A stretch of 64,000 nt of DNA from Bacilli bacterium (GTDB taxonomy: Bacteria; Bacillota_I; Bacilli_A; RF39; UBA660): assembly GCA_017626405.1 (NCBI GenBank), contig JAGAIS010000002.1, positions 62,189 to 126,188 on the forward strand. The letters run 5' to 3'. Below are positions 63,497 through 64,000 of this stretch, in pieces. The notes beneath the pieces are model-generated. The model was not told the DNA's origin. It did not search any database and was given only the letters and a program-made list of their open reading frames with translations. A program made the translations under genes and the position numbers. How positions within the stretch are numbered: position 1 is the stretch's first letter; each line of letters begins with the position of its first letter.

Positions 63497-64000
63497 TTAT
63501 CTTTCTAGTTCATCATCTTTTGATTTTTTGGTTTCATAAAATTCTTCAGCATACTCATTCATTTCATCATTAATGTGCTTTGTTGCTTTATCAATTTCCT
63601 TTTTATTAAATAAATTAAAACCTTTAAATGATTTTTCTCTCTTTCTTATAACTTCAGGATCATATTGTTGTTTAAAAAAATTAAGATTAATATTATTGTA
63701 ATTAAATAATCTATCAATTAATTCTTGGATAAATTCAGGTAATTTTTTGATTATTTTATTTAAGTGATAAATAAGATAATCAGTTTTTTCTTTTAAATCG
63801 TTGTATCTAGTTTCAGTTTGATAGTTAATATTCTTTAAATATTCATTTTCTTCTTTTAACTTTTTATTTTCGTCTAATAACTGATTTTTAGATTTAATAA
63901 CAATTTTATTATTAAGTTTTTTCTTTTTATCAATTTCATCTTTGATATCATCTTTATCTTTATTAAGTTTTGTTATTTGCTTATTAATAGATTCTTTATT
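63497..64000 (-). CDS. 3' part of a coiled-coil protein (start beyond the right edge)
   Basis: Minus-strand frame open from 64000 to the stop at 63497-63499. Translates ...NKESINKQITKLNKDKDDIKDEIDKKKKLNNKIVIKSKNQLLDENKKLKEENEYLKN...EEFYETKKSKDDELER. Not in the ORF track because it has no start in the window. Confidence 0.55.
   Translation of the reverse strand, partial: NKESINKQITKLNKDKDDIKDEIDKKKKLNNKIVIKSKNQLLDENKKLKEENEYLKNINYQTETRYNDLKEKTDYLIYHLNKIIKKLPEFIQELIDRLFNYNNINLNFFKQQYDPEVIRKREKSFKGFNLFNKKEIDKATKHINDEMNEYAEEFYETKKSKDDELER

Noticed and set aside
1-64000. CRISPR arrays, tRNA or rRNA genes, IS elements, integrases
   Set aside because: I found no regularly spaced repeat array, no cloverleaf-like or rRNA-like segment in the intergenic regions, and no transposase or integrase motif in any ORF. 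None is reported.
1-64000. Alternative genetic code (TGA read as Trp, as in Mollicutes) given the very low GC
   Set aside because: Several well-defined genes end at TGA at the expected length (for example 27776 and 59022), and Trp is encoded by TGG throughout. Standard code 11 fits.

Overview
This window is a low-GC chromosomal segment, Firmicutes-like in gene content and RBS usage, read with standard code 11 (TGA is used as a stop). All calls rest on motif reading of the supplied ORF translations and the raw DNA; no searches were run.

**Layout**
- **1-25 kb:** housekeeping genes, including coaE-like/MBL/coaD, ppdK, tag, an ABC exporter operon, recD2, rpsT, a D-Ala-D-Ala carboxypeptidase, ldh, a tandem ThyX-domain protein and nusB.
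- **25.6-45.4 kb:** a cell-envelope polysaccharide locus of about 20 kb. It is ABC-transporter (Wzm/Wzt) dependent and probably rhamnose-containing. It carries many GT2/GT4 genes, a fused RmlD-RmlC, an LtaS/GacH-like transferase, GtrB-like enzymes and a split Alg14/Alg13-like transferase.
- **45.5-59 kb:** htpG preceded by a CIRCE operator, then more housekeeping genes (TspO, GNAT, DUF362, mntP, SDR, ttcA-like, two flavoproteins, an exonuclease, pnuC).
- **59-64 kb:** an AT-rich accessory stretch with a large PrrC/RloC-like (AAA_13-type) ABC ATPase, an XRE regulator, a zinc-ribbon/DUF4352-like protein and an oversized PemK/MazF-like protein.

**Two strongest leads**
1. At 15.47-17.7 kb, a CYTH (triphosphate tunnel) gene is translationally coupled to a radical SAM gene whose motif series matches viperin. 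A LysR regulator overlaps the end of that gene.
2. At 61403-61429, a near-consensus CIRCE (HrcA heat-shock operator) sits in the leader of the PrrC/RloC-like ATPase. This suggests a defence-type ATPase wired to the chaperone-stress regulon.

I recognised no rRNA, tRNA, CRISPR array, transposase or integrase.
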